This document shows, piece by piece, positions 50,705-59,213 of a stretch of 59,213 bases of DNA. The position numbers and the translations under genes are program-made. The notes under the pieces were generated by a model. It searched no databases, was not told the origin of the DNA, and worked only from the letters and a program-made list of their open reading frames with translations. Position 1 is the stretch's first letter. Every line of letters starts with the position of its first letter. Source of the DNA: an uncultured Nitrospinaceae bacterium (GTDB lineage: Bacteria > UBA8248); NCBI GenBank assembly GCA_964005815.1, contig CAXFSR010000003.1, positions 1-59,213 of the forward strand. Direction: 5' to 3'.

Positions 50705-52063
50705 GTGAATTCTAAACACTCGATCTTAAATTCTAAAGATATTTTAGAACAGGACAGTGATCATGTGTGGCATCCTATGATGAATCATTATAATTTAAAG
50801 GAAGATCCTTTGAAAATAATGACTCAAGCGAGTGGATGTAGAATTGTTGATTCTGAGGGCAAAGAATATTTAGATGCTATGGCAGGCTTGTGGTGTGTAA
50901 ATATTGGTTATGGTCGAAAAGAAATTGCTGAAGCCGCCTACGAGCAAATGGTTGAACTTTCTTATTATCCGCTCAGTCAAATTAATCCTCAGTCTGCAAA
51001 ACTAGCTTCTAAGATTTCTGAAATCACTCCGAAAAGTTTGCAGCATATCTGGTTTGTAAATAGTGGTTCTGAGGCAGTTGATACTGCAATAAAAATTTCA
51101 CGTGCATGGGGCAAGAGAAATGGTGGTCGTTTTAAAATAATAGCGCGTTATCAGGGTTATCATGGGGCTACTTTTGGTGGAGTAAGTCTTACAGGACAAA
51201 CTCAAAGAAGATTAGATTTTGAACCGCTTTTGCCTGGTGTCGTTCATGTTCAAGCGCCTTATTTTTATAGGAGTAGTGCTAAAGATGAAGATGAGCTTAC
51301 AGATAGATGTATAGGAGAACTTGATTCTGTTATTCGTTATCAAGGTCCTGAAACGATAGCTGCATTTATTGCGGAGCCTATAATTGGTGGTGGAGGTGTA
51401 ATCTTGCCTTCACGTAATTATTTAAAAAGAGTACGCGAGGTTTGCGACAGGTATGGCATTCTTATGATATGTGATGAGGTGATCACTGGTTTTGGAAGAA
51501 CAGGAGAACTCTTTGCTTCTCAATTGTTTGAGGTGCAGCCGGATATAATGACAATGGCCAAAGGGTTAAGTAGTGGATATCTTCCTATTGGCGCAACAGC
51601 AGTCTCTGACCAGATTTTTTTGGATTTAAATTCAGAAGGAGATACCGGCTTTCTTCAAATAAATACTTACGGAGGACATCCGGTTTCTTGCGCCGCTGCA
51701 ATTAAAAATTTAGAAATTTTACTTGGCGAAAAAATGGTTGAGAATTGTCGTGCTGTAGGAAAGCATTTAGGAGATACTCTGACAAAATTAAATGATTACC
51801 CGTGTGTTGGCGAAGTTAGAGGGGTTGGTCTTCTTTGGGGTGTAGAATTAATAGAGGAAGATGGGACTCCCCTTTCAACACAAGCAACATCAAAAATATT
51901 GAGTTTTGCGAAGAGCAAAGGGGTTATCTTAGGTAAGAATGCAGGGATTGCGAATGGTCCGAGTAATACCATCACTATAAGTCCCCCACTTATTTTATCA
52001 AAACAAGAGGCAGATCTAATTGGCTCAGTTTTAAGTGATGCATTACGAAATCATCTTTCTTAA
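50705..52063 (+). CDS. Class III PLP aminotransferase (omega-amino acid/polyamine type)
   Basis: YLDAMAGLWCVNIGYGR, NSGSEA, YHG, AEPIIG, DEVITGFGRTG, TMAKG.SSGYLP. Confidence 0.93.
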   Translation: MNSKHSILNSKDILEQDSDHVWHPMMNHYNLKEDPLKIMTQASGCRIVDSEGKEYLDAMAGLWCVNIGYGRKEIAEAAYEQMVELSYYPLSQINPQSAKLASKISEITPKSLQHIWFVNSGSEAVDTAIKISRAWGKRNGGRFKIIARYQGYHGATFGGVSLTGQTQRRLDFEPLLPGVVHVQAPYFYRSSAKDEDELTDRCIGELDSVIRYQGPETIAAFIAEPIIGGGGVILPSRNYLKRVREVCDRYGILMICDEVITGFGRTGELFASQLFEVQPDIMTMAKGLSSGYLPIGATAVSDQIFLDLNSEGDTGFLQINTYGGHPVSCAAAIKNLEILLGEKMVENCRAVGKHLGDTLTKLNDYPCVGEVRGVGLLWGVELIEEDGTPLSTQATSKILSFAKSKGVILGKNAGIANGPSNTITISPPLILSKQEADLIGSVLSDALRNHLS

Positions 52064-52080
52064 TTTAACAGGAGATATGA

Positions 52081-52719
52081 ATGTCTAATATTTCATTACT
52101 TACTTTAGATGAGTTGAAAAAATCTCCTTTAGGACCTCTGGTAAAAAAATGCTTAAAACATAAAGCTCCTGATCCAGCTTTTCATGCAATCATGGGACAT
52201 AATCCAGAGCTCTCAAAGTCGATGTATATTGCGTGGGGTACAGTTTTTAATACAGGTAAAATAGATCACAAACTCAAAGAGATAATTAGGGTGCAGCTAT
52301 CTAGAATGGCTGATTGTAACTATTGAGGTAATGTGCGTTCTGCTTCGGCGAAGCAGATGGGATTAACTGAAGAAATTTTGGATGATGGTATTGAAAATTA
52401 CCAAAAAAGCAAAAATTTTACCGAAAAAGAAAAATTGGCTTTGTTATATAGTGAACTTATGGCCCTAAATCCAGAGAAAATTGATCAAGATTTTTATAAA
52501 AGCTTAAAACATTTTTTTTCTGAAGAGGAAATAATAGAACTCGGTGCATTTATCGGTTTCAATATTGGTTATCATACATTTTTTGGGACTTTAGATTTTT
52601 ATCCTATGTTTTCTCCGGATGGAAGATTAGTAGAGCAACACGAGTCTAGAAGGATTTATGGAGATAGGCCATTATCGCATTTAAAAGGTGCAATCGAAAG
52701 ATCGAAAAATACTAATTAG
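52081..52719 (+). CDS. Probable selenoprotein, AhpD/carboxymuconolactone decarboxylase-like, CxxU; Sec at TGA 52324-52326
   Basis: In-frame join of 52081-52326 and 52333-52719: KLKEIIRVQLSRMAD-CNY-U-GNVRS...FTEKEKLAL...FSEEEIIELG. The TGA is at the second position of the AhpD CxxC motif; a strong hairpin follows. Confidence 0.88.
52329..52365 (+). promoter_or_regulatory. Putative bacterial SECIS element
   Basis: Perfect 8-bp stem TCTGCTTC/GAAGCAGA with a GGC loop 21 nt after the UGA; bulged U at 52338; TAAT/ATTA basal pairing. Confidence 0.75.
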
Positions 52720-52728
52720 TTTTTTAAG

Positions 52729-53268
52729 GTGGATTTAATGTCTTATATAGAACCTATTAAAGTTGAAAATCTAGAGCGAAACAAAATACATAAAATGCTT
52801 TCAGAATGTGAAAAATATAATATACCTGGAGAACTTTTTTTAAGAATTCTTGCTCATGTCCCCGGGTATGCTGAAAATTTATTTGATGCTATGAAACGGT
52901 CCCTTTATTCTGGGAATGTTAGTCATAAGTTGAAGGAATTAATTCGTATTCAATTAGCTTATATTTCAGGTGATCGTTATTCTCAAAGTCTTCGTTCTCA
53001 AATCGCACAGAAAGAAGGTCTTAATGAAGATGATATAGAATCCGCTTGTGGTGATTTTCAAAATAGTGAACGATTCAGTGAAGAAGAAAAATGGGCATTA
53101 AGTTACTCATATCTAATGTATAGAGAGCCTAAAAAAATTGATGGAAAATTTTATGAAAGGGGAAAAATCTATTTTTCTGAAGCGCAAATAATGGAAGTAG
53201 GTTCTTTTATAGCATTGCATTATGGGTTGCAAGTTTTTATGAGAACATTAGATTTGAACTCCATCTAA
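52729..53268 (+). CDS. AhpD/CMD-like protein lacking the redox motif
   Basis: Paralogous to the upstream gene (HKLKELIRIQL, FSEEEKWAL, FSEAQIMEVG), but the CxxC/U position reads DRYS. Confidence 0.8.
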   Translation: MDLMSYIEPIKVENLERNKIHKMLSECEKYNIPGELFLRILAHVPGYAENLFDAMKRSLYSGNVSHKLKELIRIQLAYISGDRYSQSLRSQIAQKEGLNEDDIESACGDFQNSERFSEEEKWALSYSYLMYREPKKIDGKFYERGKIYFSEAQIMEVGSFIALHYGLQVFMRTLDLNSI

Positions 53269-53283
53269 TAAATTTACAAGAAA

Positions 53284-54033
53284 TTAAATTTCAAAATATT
53301 CTTTTATTCTTTTGGCAGCCTCTGCAGAAGTACCGTCCATAACTTCTTTTATTCTTTTTTTAGAAGTATCATTAATTTCCCCATACCAACCTGTCTTATA
53401 CATACTTCTTACGTCTTTAGGAATATAGTATATGGAAGGATCTCTTCTAAATTTGTCAGATTTTTGTCCTTTTTTAATTGGCGAGGGGTCTATTGCAAGT
53501 TCTAAATGTACCAATTCAGGTCTATCTGCTAGGATTGGAAGTATCTCCAGTTCTCCCCCATGCGTCAGACCTACGATCTTTCCATATTTCTCTTTTGCAA
53601 TAAAATGAGCATGTACGATTAGAATTCTAATTTCTTTTAATTGATTTTGAGAATTTTCAGTAGCAATTTCAATAGCAGGGAGGTTTCGTTCATGCCAGTT
53701 TAATAAAACAATTTTTTTGGCTCCGTGTCTATAAAGACTGGAAATAATATCAGTCATAAGGGAAATCATAGTTTCTGAACGCAAAGTGACTGTACCCTTA
53801 AAAGCCATATGAAGTGGAGTAACACCAAAAGGAGCAAAATCGACTAATAAGCCCCCAGTTTTCGAGACAATTCGTTTTGCAAATGACTCAGCTGCGTAAT
53901 AATCAGTTCCTAATGGTAGATGACTTCCGTGTTGCTCTACACTTCCTAGTGGTATTATTGCCATTTGAGTTTCTTCCAAGATTTTTTCCGCTTCAGGGTT
54001 TGTCATTTCCATTAAGGTTTTAATTTTTTTCAT
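53284..54033 (-). CDS. Creatininase/creatinine amidohydrolase family protein
   Basis: PLGSVEQHGSHLPLGTD, H..FKGTVTL, NWHERN, HGGELE. Confidence 0.88.
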   Translation of the reverse strand: MKKIKTLMEMTNPEAEKILEETQMAIIPLGSVEQHGSHLPLGTDYYAAESFAKRIVSKTGGLLVDFAPFGVTPLHMAFKGTVTLRSETMISLMTDIISSLYRHGAKKIVLLNWHERNLPAIEIATENSQNQLKEIRILIVHAHFIAKEKYGKIVGLTHGGELEILPILADRPELVHLELAIDPSPIKKGQKSDKFRRDPSIYYIPKDVRSMYKTGWYGEINDTSKKRIKEVMDGTSAEAAKRIKEYFEI

Positions 54034-54070
54034 TGTTATGTTCCTTGTAAGTAAAATTTTGGAAAAATTA

Positions 54071-54454
54071 TTATTTTTTTTCCATAAACTCTATAACTAT
54101 TTGATCAGGTCCCTCACAGTAAAGATACTTTAGGTGTGGCATATCATCTTCCTCTATTATCATGATATCTTCCTGGATTAGTGCTTCTTTTATTTTTGCT
54201 AAATCTCCAGTTTCAACGTAAAAACCTATATGGTCCATTCCGAGACGAGGTGTTTTATTCGAATTGGAGGGTTTCTCGTTGGGTCGTATTCCTCTGACAA
54301 TTAATAGAGAGCCACCTGCAATTAGTTTCGTCTGTTGAGAACCTTTTCTAATTTGAGAATCTATAATTTTTGCACCCAAAACTTTTTTATAAAAATTAAC
54401 TGCAGAGTCGTGATTTTGATGAATAAGGTGAACATGTTCATAAACAAGCTTCAT
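54071..54454 (-). CDS. VOC (glyoxalase-like) family protein
   Basis: EHVHL, FYKKVLG, DHIGF, GPDQIVIEF. Confidence 0.85.
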   Translation of the reverse strand: MKLVYEHVHLIHQNHDSAVNFYKKVLGAKIIDSQIRKGSQQTKLIAGGSLLIVRGIRPNEKPSNSNKTPRLGMDHIGFYVETGDLAKIKEALIQEDIMIIEEDDMPHLKYLYCEGPDQIVIEFMEKK

Positions 54455-54679
54455 AGAGTTTTCTCAGAAATTCTAGATCGTAAAGAAACAAAGTTGGAAT
54501 CTTTCTTTTAAAAAATATATTGAATATTATATCAAATAAAATTTTAGGTGTTAGCAGTCAAATGTTTTTTTGTAAGAAATCAATAGTTAATTGTTTTTAA
54601 GTGATGGTCGTGGTAAAAACTAAGTTGTAAGCTCTGAATAACTGGCTTTGTTCGTTTTATATTTTAAAGGAGGTTCTGC

Positions 54680-55486
54680 GTGCCCCAGTGTGTTTGTAAC
54701 GGAATACAAATCTTTTTTGATGATACAGGCGTTAGTGCTGGAAAGCCAACAATAATCTTTATACATGCCCATGGTTTAGATGGAACAATGTGGGATAATT
54801 TCAAAATTCCTTATAGGGAAAAATTTAGGATTGTGACTTATGATCTAAGAGGACATGGTCATTCGGAAAAACCAAAAACTAGCTATGGAAGAGAATCAGA
54901 AGTGACAGATTTAGACGATTTGATTCAATTCTTAGGGGTTAAGGAAGTGCATTTAATAGGTCTTTCTAGAGGGGCAAGTATTGCCTTAAGTTATGCTGCA
55001 TTGTTTCCTGAAAAAGTAGATTCTGTTGTAGCTATTGGAGCAGGATTTGATTACTCAGATAATGTCCCTGATTTTGCAGAGCAATTATCTGAAACTATCT
55101 CCATTCTAAAAACAAAGGGTCTGTATGCTGCGAGAGAACACTGGTCTCAACTTCCAATTTTTTCAACTCTAAGGAATGAAGGTAATGAAGAAGCTTTAGA
55201 AATCTTTGAAGATACCTTGATAGGATATACAGGGAATCATTGGTTAGATCCAGACCCGCCTAAAGATTCTTCTCTTCTTGAATTGGTTGCAAAAATTAAA
55301 TCTTCAGTAATGATATTAGTTGGAGAAAATGATTTGCCTGGATTTATTTCATGTTCTGAGCAATTATCTGAAAAGATAGAGGGTTCTGTATTTAAGAAAA
55401 TTCCGGAACTGGGTCATTTAGCTCCAATTGAAAATTCCGAAGTGGTTAGTGAAGTAATTCAAAATTTTTTATCAGAGAGTAATTAG
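54680..55486 (+). CDS. Alpha/beta hydrolase (PcaD-like)
   Basis: FIHAHG, YDLRGHGHS, GLSRGA, VGEND, GHLAPIE; AAGGAGG RBS. Confidence 0.88.
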   Translation: MPQCVCNGIQIFFDDTGVSAGKPTIIFIHAHGLDGTMWDNFKIPYREKFRIVTYDLRGHGHSEKPKTSYGRESEVTDLDDLIQFLGVKEVHLIGLSRGASIALSYAALFPEKVDSVVAIGAGFDYSDNVPDFAEQLSETISILKTKGLYAAREHWSQLPIFSTLRNEGNEEALEIFEDTLIGYTGNHWLDPDPPKDSSLLELVAKIKSSVMILVGENDLPGFISCSEQLSEKIEGSVFKKIPELGHLAPIENSEVVSEVIQNFLSESN

Positions 55487-55487
55487 T

Positions 55488-56033
55488 ATGGCGCGAGTTC
55501 CTTATGTTGAATATGAAGAAGCGGACTCAGAAGTAAAAAAAATATACGACAAACAAAAAAAATCTCTAGGAAAAATTCTAAATACCACATTAGTTCGTGG
55601 ACATTGCCCTGAACTGCTTAAAGGGATAACTGGAATGCAACAAGCTCAGGAAAAAACGAATTTTTCCCCAATTTCATTAAGACCGTTAATTACTCTTTTA
55701 GTTTCTAAGCTGAATGGTTGTCCTCATTGAATTGATATTCATACGATGCGGGGTCTCCGAGCCGGACATGATGAGAAAAAACTTTTAAAAATTGAAAATT
55801 ATGATACAGAAGATTCTTTTAGAGAAGAAGAAAGAATCGCTCTAAGATTTGCTGAATCAATGTCTAAAACTCCAGTAGAAGTAGACGAAAACCTTTTTGG
55901 CAAATTAAAGGAATTTTATTCCGATAATCAAATAGTGGAGATTGCAACTATAATTTCATTTCAAAATTTTAATGCGAAGTTTAATGCTGCTATGAAGACG
56001 GATTCCAATGAGCTTTGTTCTTTAGATATTTAA
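55488..56033 (+). CDS. Probable selenoprotein, AhpD/CMD-like, CxxU; Sec at TGA 55728-55730
   Basis: In-frame join of 55488-55730 and 55746-56033: LVSKLNG-CPH-U-IDIH...EEERIALRFAE...QIVEIA...NFNAKFN, matching the AhpD S..NGC.YC..H core. Confidence 0.88.
55740..55770 (+). promoter_or_regulatory. Possible SECIS element (weak)
   Basis: Locally GC-rich. CGG-GGUCU-CCG apical hairpin about 22 nt after the UGA; imperfect CAT/ATG and CG/CG lower pairing. Confidence 0.45.
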
Positions 56034-56162
56034 CACTCTTGGTTGTCACAAATTTTCTTTTTTTATAAGGTATTTATTAACTTCTTCATGTTATGCAAAT
56101 AAAACCTATGTAAATATTGCAAATTGAAACCTATATAACTCATAAAATCAGAAAGGCTGTTT

Positions 56163-57890
56163 ATGAATTCTTTTCCTGATATTCAACACATTGAAACAGA
56201 TGTTTTGATCATAGGTGGTGGTGTCGCTGGAATGATGGCGGCAGTAGGATGTGTACGATCTGGAGTTAAACCGATTTTAATGACAAAAGCTACCTTTCCA
56301 TCCGGAAGTTCTTCTATGGCAAGAGGGGGTTATAGTGCTGCAGTTTCACGCTCGGATTCTCCAGAATTTTATTTTGAAGATGCTATAGCGGCTAGCGATG
56401 GATTGTGTAATCGACGGTTAATGAAAATAATGAGTTCGGAGGTTATAGAGCGTACTTATGAACTTGATGAATGGGGTTTAGGTCTAGTAAAAACAGAAGA
56501 TGGAAATTTTCATCAAAAGAATAGCGGTTCTCATAGAATGCCACGATTGCTTCATTGTGGAAAGTTGATGGGAAAGCCATTAATGAAAAGCCTCGCAAAA
56601 AAGCTAAAAGAATGGGAAATTGAGACTCTACAGCATGTTATTTTTGTTGATTTTATTAAAGAGAATGGGAGAGTAACAGGAGCATGGGGTTTTTATTACC
56701 GAGATGCCCGTCCAGTTGTAGTTCATGCAAAATCTACTATTTTAGCGACAGGAGGTGCACCTCAGTTGCACGAAGTGAATGATTCTCCTCCTTATGTTTC
56801 TGGAGATGGATATGCAATGGCATTAAGGGCTGGGGCAAAATTAATTGATATGGAATTTATTGATTACCAACTTTTAACTGCTGCTCCGTTGAAAATTAGG
56901 GGGTATCCTCCACACACTAGTGGATTTATCCATGCAGGAGCCTATTTATTAAATAAAGACAAAGAAAGATTTATGTGGAATTACGATCCTGAAAATGGTG
57001 AGCGTTCTAGTAGAGCTATGATTAATAGAGGTGTAGGTATGGAAATATATGAAGGAAGAGGCACTGAGAATTTTGGGATTTATTTAGATACAAGCCATGT
57101 TATAGACAAAGTTAATAATGGAGCTACTTCAGATGTTATACGAGTATTTAAGAATTCAGGTGTTGATCTTTCCAAAGATCCAATGGAAGTAGCAAGTGGA
57201 CCGCACACCTATTTGGGAGGTGTTCTCATAGATGAATGGGGCAGAACAAATGTTGCAGGTTTATACGCAGGAGGAGAAGCTGCGGGAGGAGTCCATGGTG
57301 CTAATAGATTAGGAGGTGCGGCTTTAGCAGATAGTTATGTGTTTGGTTTAAGGTCGGGAATAGGTGCAGCATGTGAAATTTCAGGTATAGACGCACCAGA
57401 TCCAGAGAAAGGAAACTGGAGAGAGGGTATAGAGATTATTAAAGAGAAAATTTCTAAAAATAAAGGATCTGACGATAAAGAAATCAGAAAAAAAGTGCAA
57501 ACTGTAGCTGTTTCCTTAATAGGACAGATTAGACATGGAGATAAACTATTAAAGGCACTAGATGAATTAGATGATTTGCAAAAAGAAAATCAGGATTGTG
57601 TTATTAAGGGAGAATCAGATAAGGAAAAATTTGATACTTTAAGGAGGATACAAGAAACGGATAATTTAATTGAAGTTTCAAAAATGTTGACACTAGCGGC
57701 CTTAGAAAGAAAAGAAAGTAGAGGCGGTCATTTTAGAATTGATTACCCAGAAATGGATGAAAAATGGGAATGTAGTTTAGTAGTGTCTCAAGATGAGGAA
57801 AAAATTGTTGTAGAAAGACGTGGAATTGTGCAAGAGAATGAGACTGTAATTGAGCCAGAAAATCAGCCAGGAACAGCCAGTATAGTGTAA
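56163..57890 (+). CDS. FAD-dependent oxidoreductase, SdhA/FrdA/NadB flavoprotein family (stand-alone)
   Basis: IIGGGVAG, ILATGG, SGDG.AMALRAGA, GLYAGGE, GVHGANRLGG, ESRGGHFR.DYP. Confidence 0.88.
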   Translation: MNSFPDIQHIETDVLIIGGGVAGMMAAVGCVRSGVKPILMTKATFPSGSSSMARGGYSAAVSRSDSPEFYFEDAIAASDGLCNRRLMKIMSSEVIERTYELDEWGLGLVKTEDGNFHQKNSGSHRMPRLLHCGKLMGKPLMKSLAKKLKEWEIETLQHVIFVDFIKENGRVTGAWGFYYRDARPVVVHAKSTILATGGAPQLHEVNDSPPYVSGDGYAMALRAGAKLIDMEFIDYQLLTAAPLKIRGYPPHTSGFIHAGAYLLNKDKERFMWNYDPENGERSSRAMINRGVGMEIYEGRGTENFGIYLDTSHVIDKVNNGATSDVIRVFKNSGVDLSKDPMEVASGPHTYLGGVLIDEWGRTNVAGLYAGGEAAGGVHGANRLGGAALADSYVFGLRSGIGAACEISGIDAPDPEKGNWREGIEIIKEKISKNKGSDDKEIRKKVQTVAVSLIGQIRHGDKLLKALDELDDLQKENQDCVIKGESDKEKFDTLRRIQETDNLIEVSKMLTLAALERKESRGGHFRIDYPEMDEKWECSLVVSQDEEKIVVERRGIVQENETVIEPENQPGTASIV

Positions 57891-57914
57891 GTTTTGCAAA
57901 TAAAATGGAGTAGT

Positions 57915-57971
57915 TGAAAAAAAATAAAAAACAGATTGACAAAGTTTGATTTAGGAAATAATATCACGCCC
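57915..57971 (+). promoter_or_regulatory. rRNA operon promoter P1 (sigma70-type)
   Basis: A-tract UP element, TTGACA (57936-57941), 17-nt spacer, TAATAT (57959-57964), GC-rich discriminator CACGCCC. Confidence 0.75.
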
Positions 57972-58076
57972 TGTTTCGTTTTTAAAAGTAAGAATATTTT
58001 TGATTAAAAGAGTTTGATTTTTAATAGGTTTAGTTAGTTTTATCTAGCCAGAATATTAAAAAAAGAACCTTTTTTA

Positions 58077-58104
58077 TTGACACAAAGGTTCTTTTTTTTA
58101 TAGT
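58077..58104 (+). promoter_or_regulatory. rRNA operon promoter P2 (sigma70-type)
   Basis: TTGACA (58077-58082), 16-nt spacer, TATAGT (58099-58104). Confidence 0.6.
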
Positions 58105-58293
58105 CTGGTTTTTCGCTCTCTGATTCAGAGAGTTTTGATCTTTTACATACGAATAGGGTGACACACACGTAAAAAAAACGACGGATTCGAATGGGTTCAA
58201 GTTATAATTTCCCGATTGACAAAAAGAGTGGGAAAGCTGTGAGGGAAACTGATCAGTTGTGTTCATAATTGAACGACTCTTTTTAAAAGATAT

Positions 58294-59130
<837 letters not shown>

Positions 59131-59138
<8 letters not shown>

Positions 59139-59213
59139 AGTGAAATCCGTAGAGATCTGGAGGAACATCGGAGGCGAAGGCGGCCAACTGGGAGTGCATT
59201 GACGTTGAGGTGC
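59131..59213 (+). other. Divergent second copy of a 16S V4-region segment (probable assembly chimera)
   Basis: Colinear with 58984-59066 but with many substitutions; joined through the shared GGTGTAG. Confidence 0.8.

Noticed and set aside
33289..54033. Mycofactocin-like system (creatininase, GT2, radical SAM, SDR, PPOX-like genes)
   Set aside because: The genes are scattered. No MftA precursor or MftB was seen, and the radical SAM lacks a recognisable SPASM domain.
37509..56033. Alternative genetic code (UGA = Trp/Gly) as the cause of the split ORFs
   Set aside because: Other genes are uninterrupted, Trp is coded TGG, and TGA acts as a normal stop (e.g. 5656, 24937, 28802). Internal TGAs occur only at Cys-equivalent positions.
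52081..56033. Split AhpD-like genes (and the PrdB-like gene) as nonsense pseudogenes or separate small ORFs
   Set aside because: Three independent stops, all TGA, all at the redox motif, with intact downstream frames and hairpins, are unlikely to be random decay.
1372..57942. Many short nested or antisense ORFs in the track (e.g. 14956-15339, 16994-17437, 25613-25999, 30488-30868, 38418-38675)
   Set aside because: They overlap well-supported genes, mostly as antisense shadows, and have no recognisable motifs.

Overview
This is an AT-rich, gene-dense bacterial chromosomal segment that ends inside a 16S rRNA gene, probably at a contig end. It mixes housekeeping genes (ispH, thyX, queG, gatAB, htrA, rimO, gpmI, a Lon-like protease, a diadenylate cyclase) with small-molecule uptake and catabolic loci: a peptide-type ABC transporter, a tripartite tricarboxylate transporter, hydantoinase A/B with an SDR and an aldolase, a class III aminotransferase, a creatininase-family enzyme, several alpha/beta hydrolases and a stand-alone SdhA/NadB-family flavoprotein. 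The main hidden signal is that three pairs of 'split' ORFs in the ORF track each look like one gene with an in-frame TGA. In each case the TGA falls on a redox Cys position and is followed by a SECIS-like hairpin. These are a PrdB/GrdB-like UxxC protein with no reductase partners in the window (37509-38405) and two AhpD/CMD-like CxxU proteins (52081-52719, 55488-56033). All three probable selenoproteins sit in enzyme operons that look catabolic, and one is paired with a paralog that has lost the redox motif. The last ~83 nt of the 16S appear to be an assembly chimera. Product calls come from motif recognition by eye; no database searches or folding calculations were run.
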